A stretch of 63,557 nucleotides of DNA from a virus (Duplodnaviria; Caudoviricetes), in the IMG/VR virus record IMGVR_UViG_3300046782_000096, positions 1 through 63,557 of that record; one strand, given 5' to 3'. Below the pieces are notes generated by a model that saw nothing but the letters and a program-made list of their open reading frames with translations, was not told where the DNA came from and did not search any database. The position numbers and the translations under genes were made by a program. Shown here piece after piece: positions 10,501-19,467 of the stretch. Each line of letters opens with the position of its first letter. Positions within the stretch are counted from its first letter, which is position 1.

Positions 10501-13500
10501 CGAGAGAAACTAAGGTCTGTTTTACCAGTAAGTCTTTCATGCAGTTTTTGCAGTAAACTTGCTCTTTTAGGTTGATATTTTGCTAAAACATCCAAAAGTT
10601 TGTTGTTAAATGCTTCTACATCATTTAAATAATCTTTAGCACCTAAATGTCCTTTTCCGCCAACAAGTGAACGTACAAATTTTAAAAAGGCACTAACAAT
10701 TCTACCAAATACAGTAGGATTACGTTGTGCTAGCTTATTCAAAAATGCTTCATCGGTAAACGCATCACCTGTTAGATTAGCAACCATTTCTTCAATAGCT
10801 TTTTCAGTTTTTATATCTCCATAACCTTGATTTTCCCGCAGATGTTCTGCATAGTCTACTATTCTAGCATTTTGACGGTGCAACTCACGTACAAGTTCTT
10901 TGTATAATGCTGGATTCTCTTTTGCTAAATGGTGTATAAATTCGTGTGCTGCTATTGCTGTAGCTGGATGCGATGCAGTAGAACTAATCCATATATTTCC
11001 ATCACTATCAGCCATACCTTCAACTTTTGATATATGCGGTGTAAGATTTTTAAATACTCTAATCGAATGTCCTACAGCTTCTTTCCACCGATTTACTACA
11101 TCTCTAAGTTCTGGAGACAATGAATTAGTACGAATTTCTTCAAATTTTACATTGCTATTTTTCCCCGGCTTTGTAGCTTCTATATATTCTTTAAACATTT
11201 TCGACAACTTATTCGCAGCAGTTGTAGGCTGCGATATAAGATCAGAACGTACACCTAACTCACCCGATTTTGGATGCCCCGGTCCTCTATCCTCTAATAA
11301 CGCTAAATCTAATTTTGGTTTGGCGGATTTATTTTTGGCCGCCGCCCCGGCCTCACCTTTTTTTGGTATTGTCTTTTTTGGTGCCGGTGGTTGTTTCTTT
11401 AACTCATTTTTAGGCGGAACCTTTTTTCTTTCCGCATCTCTTTTAGCTGCATTAGCTTTTTCTTTCTGCCTAGCTGCCTCTTTCTTAGCTTCATCTGCCG
11501 CTGCCTTTGCCGCATCTTCTTTCTTTTTTTCCGCTAATGTTTTCTTTTGTAATGGTTTAGTTTTCTTTAACTTATCAGCTTCTTTCTGTGCCTTATCTGC
11601 CGCAGCTTGTGCATCCGCCGCTGCCTTATCAGCCTTATCTACTACCTTTAACGCCTCTTTATATTCCGCTTGCCGCCGCTGATAGTTAGTTTCTTCATCT
11701 TCTGCTTGTGCAGTTTCTTCAGCTTCTATTCTCGGATGCTGTCTATCATATTCATCTTGACGTTTTTTATACGCCTCTTGTTCTGCTGCTTCTCTTTCCT
11801 TTTCAGCCGCAATTCTCTTTTTCGCTTCTTCTGCAATACTATCCCTCTTAGCTGCATCAGCTTCTCTAAGTAAAACATTCTGTAATCTAATCTTAGGATG
11901 TTTATCCCGTTGTGCTACACGTTCTGCAAAGACATGTCTAACAGTACGCTTTTTTGCTGGATCAAGATACTCACCCGCTTTTGTTCTAATATCATTTTTT
12001 GATGGTGAAGAATCCGGTTTATCTTCCAGTAACTCACCAAGAGCCTCTACTTCTCTTGTATCTTTAGGATCAACTTCATGCAGTCTAATAAGCTCATCTG
12101 CTTGTCTTTCAATTTGCTCCTTTACTGGGTCTTGAGTTTTATATATTTCTCTCGCCCTAGTAAGTGCCGCCCGTAGTATTCCCAATGGATACCGAACGTC
12201 CATATGTGGCGCAGTTACTATTTCATGGTCAGAATACTTTGGACCCGGTTTAGTTGCTTTAAGTGTTTCAGCACGAGTTAAAGGTTCTGGTTCACTCTTA
12301 GCACCAGTTAACTCTTTTTCAAGTCTCGCTATTGTTTCTTTAAGATCACTTATATTTCTTTCAACTCTTGGTAAATGCTGTTTAGAACCTTCGCTCTTAG
12401 AATACTGTACATGACTAGCTTGTTCTGAAGCTAGTAACTTCTTAAATGTATCAATACTACGTTGTATAGATTCAGCACTTCTCGGTGCTGGTTGAGCTTT
12501 TAAAACATTAGTTGCCGCCGGTGGTTGTTCTACCGGTTTTGTTTCTCCTGTTTCCACTGGTGTTTCAACTGCACCCGTTGTACCTGTTGCTATTTCAGTT
12601 TCAAGTTGTTTTATTTGTCTAGCATAATCATCCATTGCAAGAGTTGTTGTTTTTGTACCAAATTTATCATGTATTTCTTTTGTATGAGCAGCTAATTTAG
12701 CTTTTAATTCCGCTAATTGCGCTTCTTTACCAGTTGCACCCGCTGTACGCTTTCTACCTGCATCTATAACATCTTGTGCCTGCTTTAATGACAGATTATC
12801 AATAAACGCATCTTTATACCCAAGTGATTTTAACTCATCTTTCATTTCTTGAGTAACAGCACCACCAATTTCTGCCTCTGGTCCAGTACCATTCGCTATA
12901 TGATCTTTTGCCTCATCTAAAGACATTTCTTTAAATATTTGGGCATCATCCCAACCCAGTTCTTTTAACTGAGCTAACATCTCTTTTGTAATACCAGTAT
13001 CACCAATACCACCGGGCATTCCCGCTAGCATTTTATCAGCCGCAATTGTGGCGTCACTTCTAACTGGTTGTCCAGTTTCTGTTGGTGGTCCACCCGGTGG
13101 TGTAACCGGTGCAGTTTTCTTTGCTGCTGCTTCTGCTTCTATTTGCGATGTTTGTTGTTCTGTTTTAAGTTCAAGTATTTTATCATCTATAGCTTTAATT
13201 CTAAGTTCTGCTTCATGTGCATAATCAGGGTTACCATTCTGTAATCTAACTTGTTTTTCACGTTCTATATTTAACTTATCTATTAAAGCACTATTATCTA
13301 CTACCTTTGGTGCAGTTGATTCCGGTGCTACTCCCGGTGCTGCTTGCGTACCTCCAGCATGTCTTTCACGCCACTGAGTAGTAAAATCTGCTTTAGCTTT
13401 ATCTCTATCAGCTTTAGATACACCATCAGCATCTAGTCTTTCATTTAATTCTTTTAATGCTGAATCTAGTGCAACATCTGCCATTGCTGGCGAAGTATCT

Positions 13501-15122
13501 GGTGCTGCTGCACTCTTATCAAATACCTCTTTAAATACCGCTTGTGCTTCTAGATTAAGGTGTATACTTGGCGTAACGGTAAAGCCTCCTGCCGCCGCGC
13601 CGCCCCCACCCGCGCCCGCAGCACCCGCACCACCCTCCGCGCCCGCTGTAGCCGTTCCTGTTGCCTTCTCAGGGGCTTTCTCCCCGGCGCGCAGACCACC
13701 CGGCACACCCAGTATCGAACCTGCGGCACCAGCCTCTTCATAAGCTTGTAACGCTTCTGGACTAGCTAAGTCTTCTCCACGACCTAAACGACCAGCCGCA
13801 GTACCTGCCACATTAGCAGTAGCCGCAGCAGCAGCACTCTTACCAGTACGAGTTAAAATATTACCAGTATAACCACCGGGACCACCACCAAATGCACGTT
13901 TAATTCCCTTAGCTTCAACAGCTAATGGTAATGCACCTTGTGCAAAACCACCTGTAGCAGATTTTAAAACATCTATACCAGAAGGTGTTTCACCTTTCTC
14001 CATACCCGCAGTAACAGTTTGACCCGCACTACTAATAGCACCCTGTGCGCCAAATGTACCAACCTCACCTACTGTTGCCGCAGTTTTACCAACAGTTGAA
14101 CTTACAAAGTCTTTTACTGCTTGTTTACCAGCCAATTCAGCCGCTGCCGCTGTACCACCTTCTGCGAGAACTTTATCAGCCGCTATTTTAGCTGCCTTAC
14201 CAGCAAGAGAGTCCGCAGCAGTACTGCCTAACATTGTAACAGCTTTAGTAGTAAGACCTTTAGCTACTTTACCAACACCACCACCTAAAGCAAGAAATGG
14301 GATAACTTCTCCTATAACACCACCTGCCCAATCAGTCCAACTAGCTCTATCATTCATTACATCATGGAAACTCGGTGTACCATGCTTCTGTTGATACGCT
14401 TCTATTTCTTTTTGACTCGCTATTGATTTTGACGCTGACTCCATGTCAGTCTTACCGGGTCCATACATTTGATATATTAAATTCGCTTTATCAGCAGTAG
14501 CACCTAAATCAGCTACAGCATTTTTTGCACCTTGAAGCATATTACCAAAAAATCCCGATGACGCTGGTGGTGCGCTAGTCCTTGATTTAAACTTTGCTTC
14601 TTCTGCGGCTATTCTATTTCTTACTTGCGGTAAAAAATTATATACATCATTTTTAAAATCTGCTATCATCGCTTTCTTTTTATCTGCATCTAATGTTATT
14701 CCTTGAGAAGTAGCAGTACCTAAAATATCTTCCATATACGGTTTAACATAAGAATATATATCGCTATCTTTCAGATTAGCAGTAGTATTATGTCCATTCT
14801 CATCGCTTAATAATTGCTGTACAACATATTCTTCAAATCTTGGAGCTTTTATAATTGGTTGCTGTATCGGTGGCTTATTCAAACGTCCACCACGACCAAC
14901 TGTGTAGCCGGGTTGTATATAACCAGCAGTATGTTGCGGTGGAGTAGGCATAGCACTTGGTGGTGCTGGACCATATTGTGTTGGTTGTGGAGCAGCACTA
15001 GTACCATCCATTTGAGATGGTGTACCAGCACCAAAACCTCCTCCCGGTCCACCATAGGGATTAGGCGCAGTATTTAAATTATCTAACTCTACATGCGGAA
15101 TATAGGAGTTTGTATCATCCAT
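7596..15122 (-). CDS. 2508-aa internal virion / large polyvalent protein (zincin-like HExxH, LPD38-like C-terminus)
   Basis: Gly/Ala-rich membrane-like segments, coiled coils, AHEFIHH motif, C-terminal LPD38-like region; last gene of podophage morphogenesis arm. Confidence 0.8.
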   Translation of the reverse strand: MDDTNSYIPHVELDNLNTAPNPYGGPGGGFGAGTPSQMDGTSAAPQPTQYGPAPPSAMPTPPQHTAGYIQPGYTVGRGGRLNKPPIQQPIIKAPRFEEYVVQQLLSDENGHNTTANLKDSDIYSYVKPYMEDILGTATSQGITLDADKKKAMIADFKNDVYNFLPQVRNRIAAEEAKFKSRTSAPPASSGFFGNMLQGAKNAVADLGATADKANLIYQMYGPGKTDMESASKSIASQKEIEAYQQKHGTPSFHDVMNDRASWTDWAGGVIGEVIPFLALGGGVGKVAKGLTTKAVTMLGSTAADSLAGKAAKIAADKVLAEGGTAAAAELAGKQAVKDFVSSTVGKTAATVGEVGTFGAQGAISSAGQTVTAGMEKGETPSGIDVLKSATGGFAQGALPLAVEAKGIKRAFGGGPGGYTGNILTRTGKSAAAAATANVAGTAAGRLGRGEDLASPEALQAYEEAGAAGSILGVPGGLRAGEKAPEKATGTATAGAEGGAGAAGAGGGGAAAGGFTVTPSIHLNLEAQAVFKEVFDKSAAAPDTSPAMADVALDSALKELNERLDADGVSKADRDKAKADFTTQWRERHAGGTQAAPGVAPESTAPKVVDNSALIDKLNIEREKQVRLQNGNPDYAHEAELRIKAIDDKILELKTEQQTSQIEAEAAAKKTAPVTPPGGPPTETGQPVRSDATIAADKMLAGMPGGIGDTGITKEMLAQLKELGWDDAQIFKEMSLDEAKDHIANGTGPEAEIGGAVTQEMKDELKSLGYKDAFIDNLSLKQAQDVIDAGRKRTAGATGKEAQLAELKAKLAAHTKEIHDKFGTKTTTLAMDDYARQIKQLETEIATGTTGAVETPVETGETKPVEQPPAATNVLKAQPAPRSAESIQRSIDTFKKLLASEQASHVQYSKSEGSKQHLPRVERNISDLKETIARLEKELTGAKSEPEPLTRAETLKATKPGPKYSDHEIVTAPHMDVRYPLGILRAALTRAREIYKTQDPVKEQIERQADELIRLHEVDPKDTREVEALGELLEDKPDSSPSKNDIRTKAGEYLDPAKKRTVRHVFAERVAQRDKHPKIRLQNVLLREADAAKRDSIAEEAKKRIAAEKEREAAEQEAYKKRQDEYDRQHPRIEAEETAQAEDEETNYQRRQAEYKEALKVVDKADKAAADAQAAADKAQKEADKLKKTKPLQKKTLAEKKKEDAAKAAADEAKKEAARQKEKANAAKRDAERKKVPPKNELKKQPPAPKKTIPKKGEAGAAAKNKSAKPKLDLALLEDRGPGHPKSGELGVRSDLISQPTTAANKLSKMFKEYIEATKPGKNSNVKFEEIRTNSLSPELRDVVNRWKEAVGHSIRVFKNLTPHISKVEGMADSDGNIWISSTASHPATAIAAHEFIHHLAKENPALYKELVRELHRQNARIVDYAEHLRENQGYGDIKTEKAIEEMVANLTGDAFTDEAFLNKLAQRNPTVFGRIVSAFLKFVRSLVGGKGHLGAKDYLNDVEAFNNKLLDVLAKYQPKRASLLQKLHERLTGKTDLSFSRPTITTAEEAKEAAKEWEKRPPSLIATGKALLNRGPDSLKPTAVQKFLQYASNTIEPLKNYNEHLERLGIKVTTDKNGYMAFTVLRGRQKHEIDTDGANYIAPIMDALRTASKKHGMSEGQYMAMFSQWIRGKDALKTNDKYELENIKLTPEADAKRIPLKLAMRRGTFTGNYLHALKAIVDAPGAKLEQHVDPITGMNNVEAYKAIKGVNKAGFSDAMGEDFNKAFHKLRRRITENQLRSGSFSEADVRQQRAQDNPYYMPKSDWADEDIRVPQKVFGSPLGAFDRMAYAGRETPIDDPVQAIFNKLLFSSKDAADNEATKVLLNMAQDPNQKLNATVHSFDMDNIAEDAIKGGKLLGEMKKVAAGPRSIIHNEGNKRYVITLPEDSQQLRAIKESQNPVSLEGLHKGIGKVTGAYGRVHTAMSPSFAMVNAAIRDALYIPAMMALQGKSELIPGYIGNYMKYGGPMGAWAAYLKWDRVLPEAATIGDMEKYALANPNSFAGKLYRLEKAGGGFNFRDEFSNAKKLEKLRDEMHRQEPGTINSIKRGLKNIVAFQDAVATGSMMAGRVAAFESALAKGMSDKEAAFYSKRLLDYQQTSEGSRILNSWFAFSRVGITSLDALMSALKNEKGQIEPKRAAMGMMLMGVGTAGAYAAVKAIMGDDKAKKLSDDALAKNVVLPNPWDENTPFQLPIGLGMPRLAWGISMLATRLAEGDTTAASAGRTLKNLLLENVSPLHPIESKEGADSGTIAADLAGALVPSIARPGYESFLNQTAFGSQIHEAPQYTQGYASEAGRLTTGDMYKTWARGLRSSIGLDVYPETLRHLLSSYDPGVLNLLFKNVEKEEIREAGLDVDESQATVFSAIFNHDLKFAAGKEYYQSKLGLEDAKKEAELLKSQDKDVPDSIQEKVDLDKEFIKASREHSKAVKAITSNALLAGSIKTSRLAAVQRDWSKIQEDFSKQAARLEH

Positions 15123-15131
15123 AGATAATTC

Positions 15132-15512
15132 CTAAACTTCGTCAACGATCCGGCGCAATGCCGAACGTACTAAATCTCTACCATAACCACGATATGTTGC
15201 AATATCTTTAGAAGAAGACTTATCTATAAGAGCCATTGGCTCTATTTCTTCAGCAACTAAAGTAGGTTTTTTACCATACATGTCAGCTATATGTTTACTA
15301 TTTTTAGATACAGGTTTTGCTTTAATACCCTTATCGCCAACAGTTACATACGCTTTTTTAATACCATCTACATCACTAGGCGAAACATACTCAAGGTAAT
15401 TGTACAGAAGCTTGGTTGTTGCCGCCCGTTCTATGAGGGTTCGCCCCTTGGATGTATTTGTTAAATCTTTCCCCTGCGGGGTTATCTCCGGCTTGTAAGA
15501 TTGAGTGGACAT
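15132..15512 (-). CDS. Hypothetical protein (start uncertain, overlaps upstream gene)
   Basis: Fills the gap between 15391 and 15122. Confidence 0.5.
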   Translation of the reverse strand: MSTQSYKPEITPQGKDLTNTSKGRTLIERAATTKLLYNYLEYVSPSDVDGIKKAYVTVGDKGIKAKPVSKNSKHIADMYGKKPTLVAEEIEPMALIDKSSSKDIATYRGYGRDLVRSALRRIVDEV

Positions 15513-16149
15513 ATTCGCTCACCGTTTGTGGTTTTCTACCTGATTTATAAACTAAATCACTACCATCAGCATTTTTAATATTATCATTCCAAACTGCGGG
15601 ATTATGTGCTAATCCCGGTTGATAGTGATTAGCTATTGCTTTATAAGGATCATTACCGTGTTTAGCTAATGATAATGCTAAATCAGCCCGCATTTTTTCT
15701 TCTTGTATTTCTGGCGGCGCATCCATTGCCCTTGGATATCCCTTATAATTATTCCATGTTCCTTCCGTATATTGATATAAACCAGAAGCACTACTATCAC
15801 CATGATTATAAGGTAATCTATCTTTTTTACCCGGATAATTTTTAGGATCACCACCAGATTCTACTGCCTTAAATTTTGGTAATAAATAATCAACTATATC
15901 ATTTGGTGTTGTATCTGGATGTATACCAAAACCATTTGGTCCAATACCTTTTTGCGTAGGATACGCCTGTTGTGGCACTTGTTGTGATATAGGTGGTGGC
16001 AACCCTCTTGGTGCATTAGCAGGACTCGGTGGCGCACCCGATGGACTACCATAAGGCATAGAATGATCTGAAGGCATAGGTGGCGGCAATGCAGACGCTC
16101 CCGGTGCTTGTCCCGGTGTTGGTGAACTACCATAAGGCATAGGATTCAT
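15391..16149 (-). CDS. Virion-associated lytic transglycosylase/lysozyme-fold ejection protein
   Basis: AVESGG catalytic Glu, SASGLYQYTEGTW, A.DAPPEIQE; Pro-rich N-terminus. Confidence 0.85.
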   Translation of the reverse strand: MNPMPYGSSPTPGQAPGASALPPPMPSDHSMPYGSPSGAPPSPANAPRGLPPPISQQVPQQAYPTQKGIGPNGFGIHPDTTPNDIVDYLLPKFKAVESGGDPKNYPGKKDRLPYNHGDSSASGLYQYTEGTWNNYKGYPRAMDAPPEIQEEKMRADLALSLAKHGNDPYKAIANHYQPGLAHNPAVWNDNIKNADGSDLVYKSGRKPQTVSEYVHSILQAGDNPAGERFNKYIQGANPHRTGGNNQASVQLP

Positions 16150-17315
16150 ACACCACCTACTGTTCGCTTAACTTGTCCCCTCACTCTATCTGTATTATAT
16201 GGACTTACAGGCATATCATCAGGAGTTTTTGTTGGAACCCACGGTGGCGTTACCGATCTTGGAACAGTAATAGGCTGTCCTACCGTTACCGATGGTGTAC
16301 CATATTGTTTTGTTGCCGGATGACTTACCGCTGTACTATATCCAACTTCTGGATTTGTTTCAACTGCACCTTCTCCCGGTCCACTAAAACCATATGCATC
16401 ATTAGGTGTTTGAAGTGAAGTACGCTGCTCTACAGGTGCAAATGGTTCAGGTGCATAATCTTGTCCTTTTAAAAATTGACTCGTAATATCTGGTAATCCA
16501 CTATAATTTGATTTAAGGCTAATTGGTGATTGTGATTGTCCCGGTACTATTGTTCTAGGTATTGCTGCTTGTGCTGGCACTCCACCTGCTACTGTTCCTG
16601 TTTGCGTAGGCGTTACTAATGCTCCTGCCGGTGCTGTAGGCGCTGCTGGTGGTTGCGGTGGTCCTGTATTAGTTGCTCCCGGTCCTGTTCCATCAGCCCA
16701 TCTAAATCCTCCTGTTTTTCCCGGTGTTGGTACTGGCATACCCGGTCCCGATTGTCCTCGCTGTGATTGCCCACTATCATCTTCTTCTTCCCCTAAACCG
16801 GGATTTAACATTCTACCAAGACTCATTCCAGTTGTTGGGTCTACATTACCAGACCCACCATATGGGTATCCAGCATACGGTGACCATCCAAATTTATGCG
16901 TATCCCCCGCAGATAATATACCTTTAAACCCCAATACTGGATTAATTTTTCCTGATGCTACTCCCGTTGCCCAAATACGCTCTGCTGGTTTTAAATTATT
17001 AAAATTCAGATTTACCTTACCACCAGTCATTTGAGAAACGTAATCGCTAAATTCTTTTTGGGCACCTGCATCTCCCATCATTGCAAAATTTGCTATCATT
17101 TGCATATGAGCTGTTTGAGTCGCAAGTTGTCTTTGTTGTTCTTCTTGTTCAACTTCTTTCTGTCTATGTGGCATATACCATTTAGCAAATTCAGCATTTA
17201 AATCTGAATCTCTAAAAGTACGTTGCGCTGTAGCTAAATCAATAGCCTGTTTTTGTCCTTCCTGCTGTCCTTGGACGTAGGAGCCAAATGGATTAGCATA
17301 AACTATATTAGCCAT
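16146..17315 (-). CDS. Putative internal virion (ejection) protein
   Basis: Q/G/P-rich, NPFGSYVQGQQ N-terminus, position. Confidence 0.65.
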   Translation of the reverse strand: MANIVYANPFGSYVQGQQEGQKQAIDLATAQRTFRDSDLNAEFAKWYMPHRQKEVEQEEQQRQLATQTAHMQMIANFAMMGDAGAQKEFSDYVSQMTGGKVNLNFNNLKPAERIWATGVASGKINPVLGFKGILSAGDTHKFGWSPYAGYPYGGSGNVDPTTGMSLGRMLNPGLGEEEDDSGQSQRGQSGPGMPVPTPGKTGGFRWADGTGPGATNTGPPQPPAAPTAPAGALVTPTQTGTVAGGVPAQAAIPRTIVPGQSQSPISLKSNYSGLPDITSQFLKGQDYAPEPFAPVEQRTSLQTPNDAYGFSGPGEGAVETNPEVGYSTAVSHPATKQYGTPSVTVGQPITVPRSVTPPWVPTKTPDDMPVSPYNTDRVRGQVKRTVGGV

Positions 17316-17325
17316 AATAAATCTC

Positions 17326-18219
17326 CTACGCTACATTCGCTGCTCGGTTTAAGTTTTCATTAGATTGTTCTACTTCACCAGCTTTACCTTCTCTACCTTT
17401 ATTATAATCTTTTACATCATATTTTTCTCTATAGTTTTTAAGGTCTTGTGTAAATTGTTCTCTACCAGCCATAGTAGCAAGTCCATTAGATAATTGACCA
17501 AACTGACCAGCCTTTTGTGCTCTTACTTCACTAAGACCCTTAACAGAAGTAGCTAAACCTTCTCGCGCAGCATTACCAACATGAATACCTATATTAAGTA
17601 TTTCAGCTTGATGAGCATGACGTTGTTCATCATACATCATTTTACGATTATCCTCAAATCTAAATCCTAAATTCCATCCTTCAAGTTCAGAATTAAAACG
17701 TGCTATTGCGAATTTGTAATCAACTCTTCGTCCATGTCCTACATTATAGCGTCCTACTTTACGACGTGTATTTAACCATTCTCTATCTAATTGAAATGCT
17801 GCCTTAGATTGACCGCGACCAACAGCAGCACGATAATCTAACTGTCCAAATTGAGGAGTGTAAGTTCCAGCAGTATAATAAGGACGATTTCTAGATTCAG
17901 CTAAAGAATCACCTAAGTATTTTTTATATCCTTGAAATGTTCCTGCCGGTGCAGTTGGTGGATTAGGTAATAAAAATCCATCATTATCTACACTTTCGCT
18001 AAGTACCCCTCTTTCCCAAAAATTAAAGTCTTTACTATTTTCGTTATAATATCCTCTTGCTAAAGTTACATCTCTTTCAAGTTGTAATACTTGTTCAAAA
18101 GCAGTAAGACCAGCAGCAACATTAGCTCCCATTGAAAAAGCAGAAACAGCCGGATTACTACTTCTAGCTGGTGATTCAGTTGTCCATTTAGAAGTAGTAG
18201 AAGCTTCTGGACTAGCCAT
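17326..18219 (-). CDS. Putative virion protein
   Basis: Position; C-terminal similarity to neighbouring 18212-18949. Confidence 0.6.
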   Translation of the reverse strand: MASPEASTTSKWTTESPARSSNPAVSAFSMGANVAAGLTAFEQVLQLERDVTLARGYYNENSKDFNFWERGVLSESVDNDGFLLPNPPTAPAGTFQGYKKYLGDSLAESRNRPYYTAGTYTPQFGQLDYRAAVGRGQSKAAFQLDREWLNTRRKVGRYNVGHGRRVDYKFAIARFNSELEGWNLGFRFEDNRKMMYDEQRHAHQAEILNIGIHVGNAAREGLATSVKGLSEVRAQKAGQFGQLSNGLATMAGREQFTQDLKNYREKYDVKDYNKGREGKAGEVEQSNENLNRAANVA

Positions 18220-18949
18220 GATATTTATTACTCTCTAAAAAGAAATTATTCATAAGAATAGGATTTGTACCTAAATCATTTTCTAAAGCTTCTTGCATAC
18301 GGCGATAACCGGCATGAGTTGCAAGACCATTTGCTATTGTATCTAGTGAACTAGTAAGTTGCCCTTGTGCTGTATCAAATATTTCAAAACTAGTAGCTAA
18401 TCCACGTTCTATTGCATATCCCTCTTTAGTTCCAAACTGTAATGCACCTATTTGACTAGCCCAACGACGTTCATTTAAAACGTCTCGTTTATGTTCTTCA
18501 TACCGATTCATGTAGCTATTCCAATCATCTAGTACACAAGCTAAATCCATTGCATAACTGCTTGTATCCAATGTAAGAGCGCCATATGGGCTATATCGTC
18601 TTGCATATCCTTGCCAATAACCAGCAACACTATTACTACCAATAGCATTTATACGAAATGATAATTCTGAATTAAATAAATACCACGCACCGGGAGGGAA
18701 ATAACCACTTCTAAAAGTTCCTACATAATCAGGTACATAAAATGGAATACTAAATTGCTCATAAGTAAACGGTCCTTCTCCTTGTGTTTCAAATGTATTA
18801 AAATAAAATTCTCGTAATTGATAGTAGTGTGAATAATAACTAATAGATATTCTAGTATATTCTTCTTGAACTGATCTAAGTCTTGCTGCAATTATAATTG
18901 CAATACCCGATTGTATTGCATCTGAAGCAATTTTACCCCAATCAGCCAT
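18212..18949 (-). CDS. Putative virion protein
   Basis: Position in morphogenesis arm. Confidence 0.6.
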   Translation of the reverse strand: MADWGKIASDAIQSGIAIIIAARLRSVQEEYTRISISYYSHYYQLREFYFNTFETQGEGPFTYEQFSIPFYVPDYVGTFRSGYFPPGAWYLFNSELSFRINAIGSNSVAGYWQGYARRYSPYGALTLDTSSYAMDLACVLDDWNSYMNRYEEHKRDVLNERRWASQIGALQFGTKEGYAIERGLATSFEIFDTAQGQLTSSLDTIANGLATHAGYRRMQEALENDLGTNPILMNNFFLESNKYHG

Positions 18950-19467
18950 CACATTCTCCGTAAAAGGGGTTCAAAAGCTTGTTTCATTTCAAGAGATACT
19001 TTACGCATCTCTGGATAACCTTTTAAACAGAATACTATAGCGGGAAGTAGTTCAAGCCAACAATTACAACAATGGTATTCTAAATTTTTCCATAACGGTT
19101 CGTTTTTTATTTGCAATTCTTGAGCATCTGTGAATGCATTAACTGCTGCATTCATAAGAGGAACTAAATACGTAGCATTTTGAACCCAAAAGGTATTTGT
19201 GTTAAGTACAAATACTAAATCAGCTATTGCTATCTGACTACTAAAATTTTGATAATTAGACATAACTCCAAAAGCATTAACTAAACTACATACAACCTCA
19301 ATAGCAGCAGTAGCGTTAGCCATTTTACGAATAAAATCAGGTGAACTACGCTCTTGGTCAGTAGGCTTTAATGGTATTAAATAATAAGTTGCTAATTCTC
19401 GCGTTTTAGCAGCAGTACTAACTAATACTGATTCATATTCCTCTCTACTAGGCGATAGCACTTGCAT
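18949..19467 (-). CDS. Hypothetical protein
   Basis: 172-aa ORF coupled to neighbours. Confidence 0.65.
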   Translation of the reverse strand: MQVLSPSREEYESVLVSTAAKTRELATYYLIPLKPTDQERSSPDFIRKMANATAAIEVVCSLVNAFGVMSNYQNFSSQIAIADLVFVLNTNTFWVQNATYLVPLMNAAVNAFTDAQELQIKNEPLWKNLEYHCCNCWLELLPAIVFCLKGYPEMRKVSLEMKQAFEPLLRRM

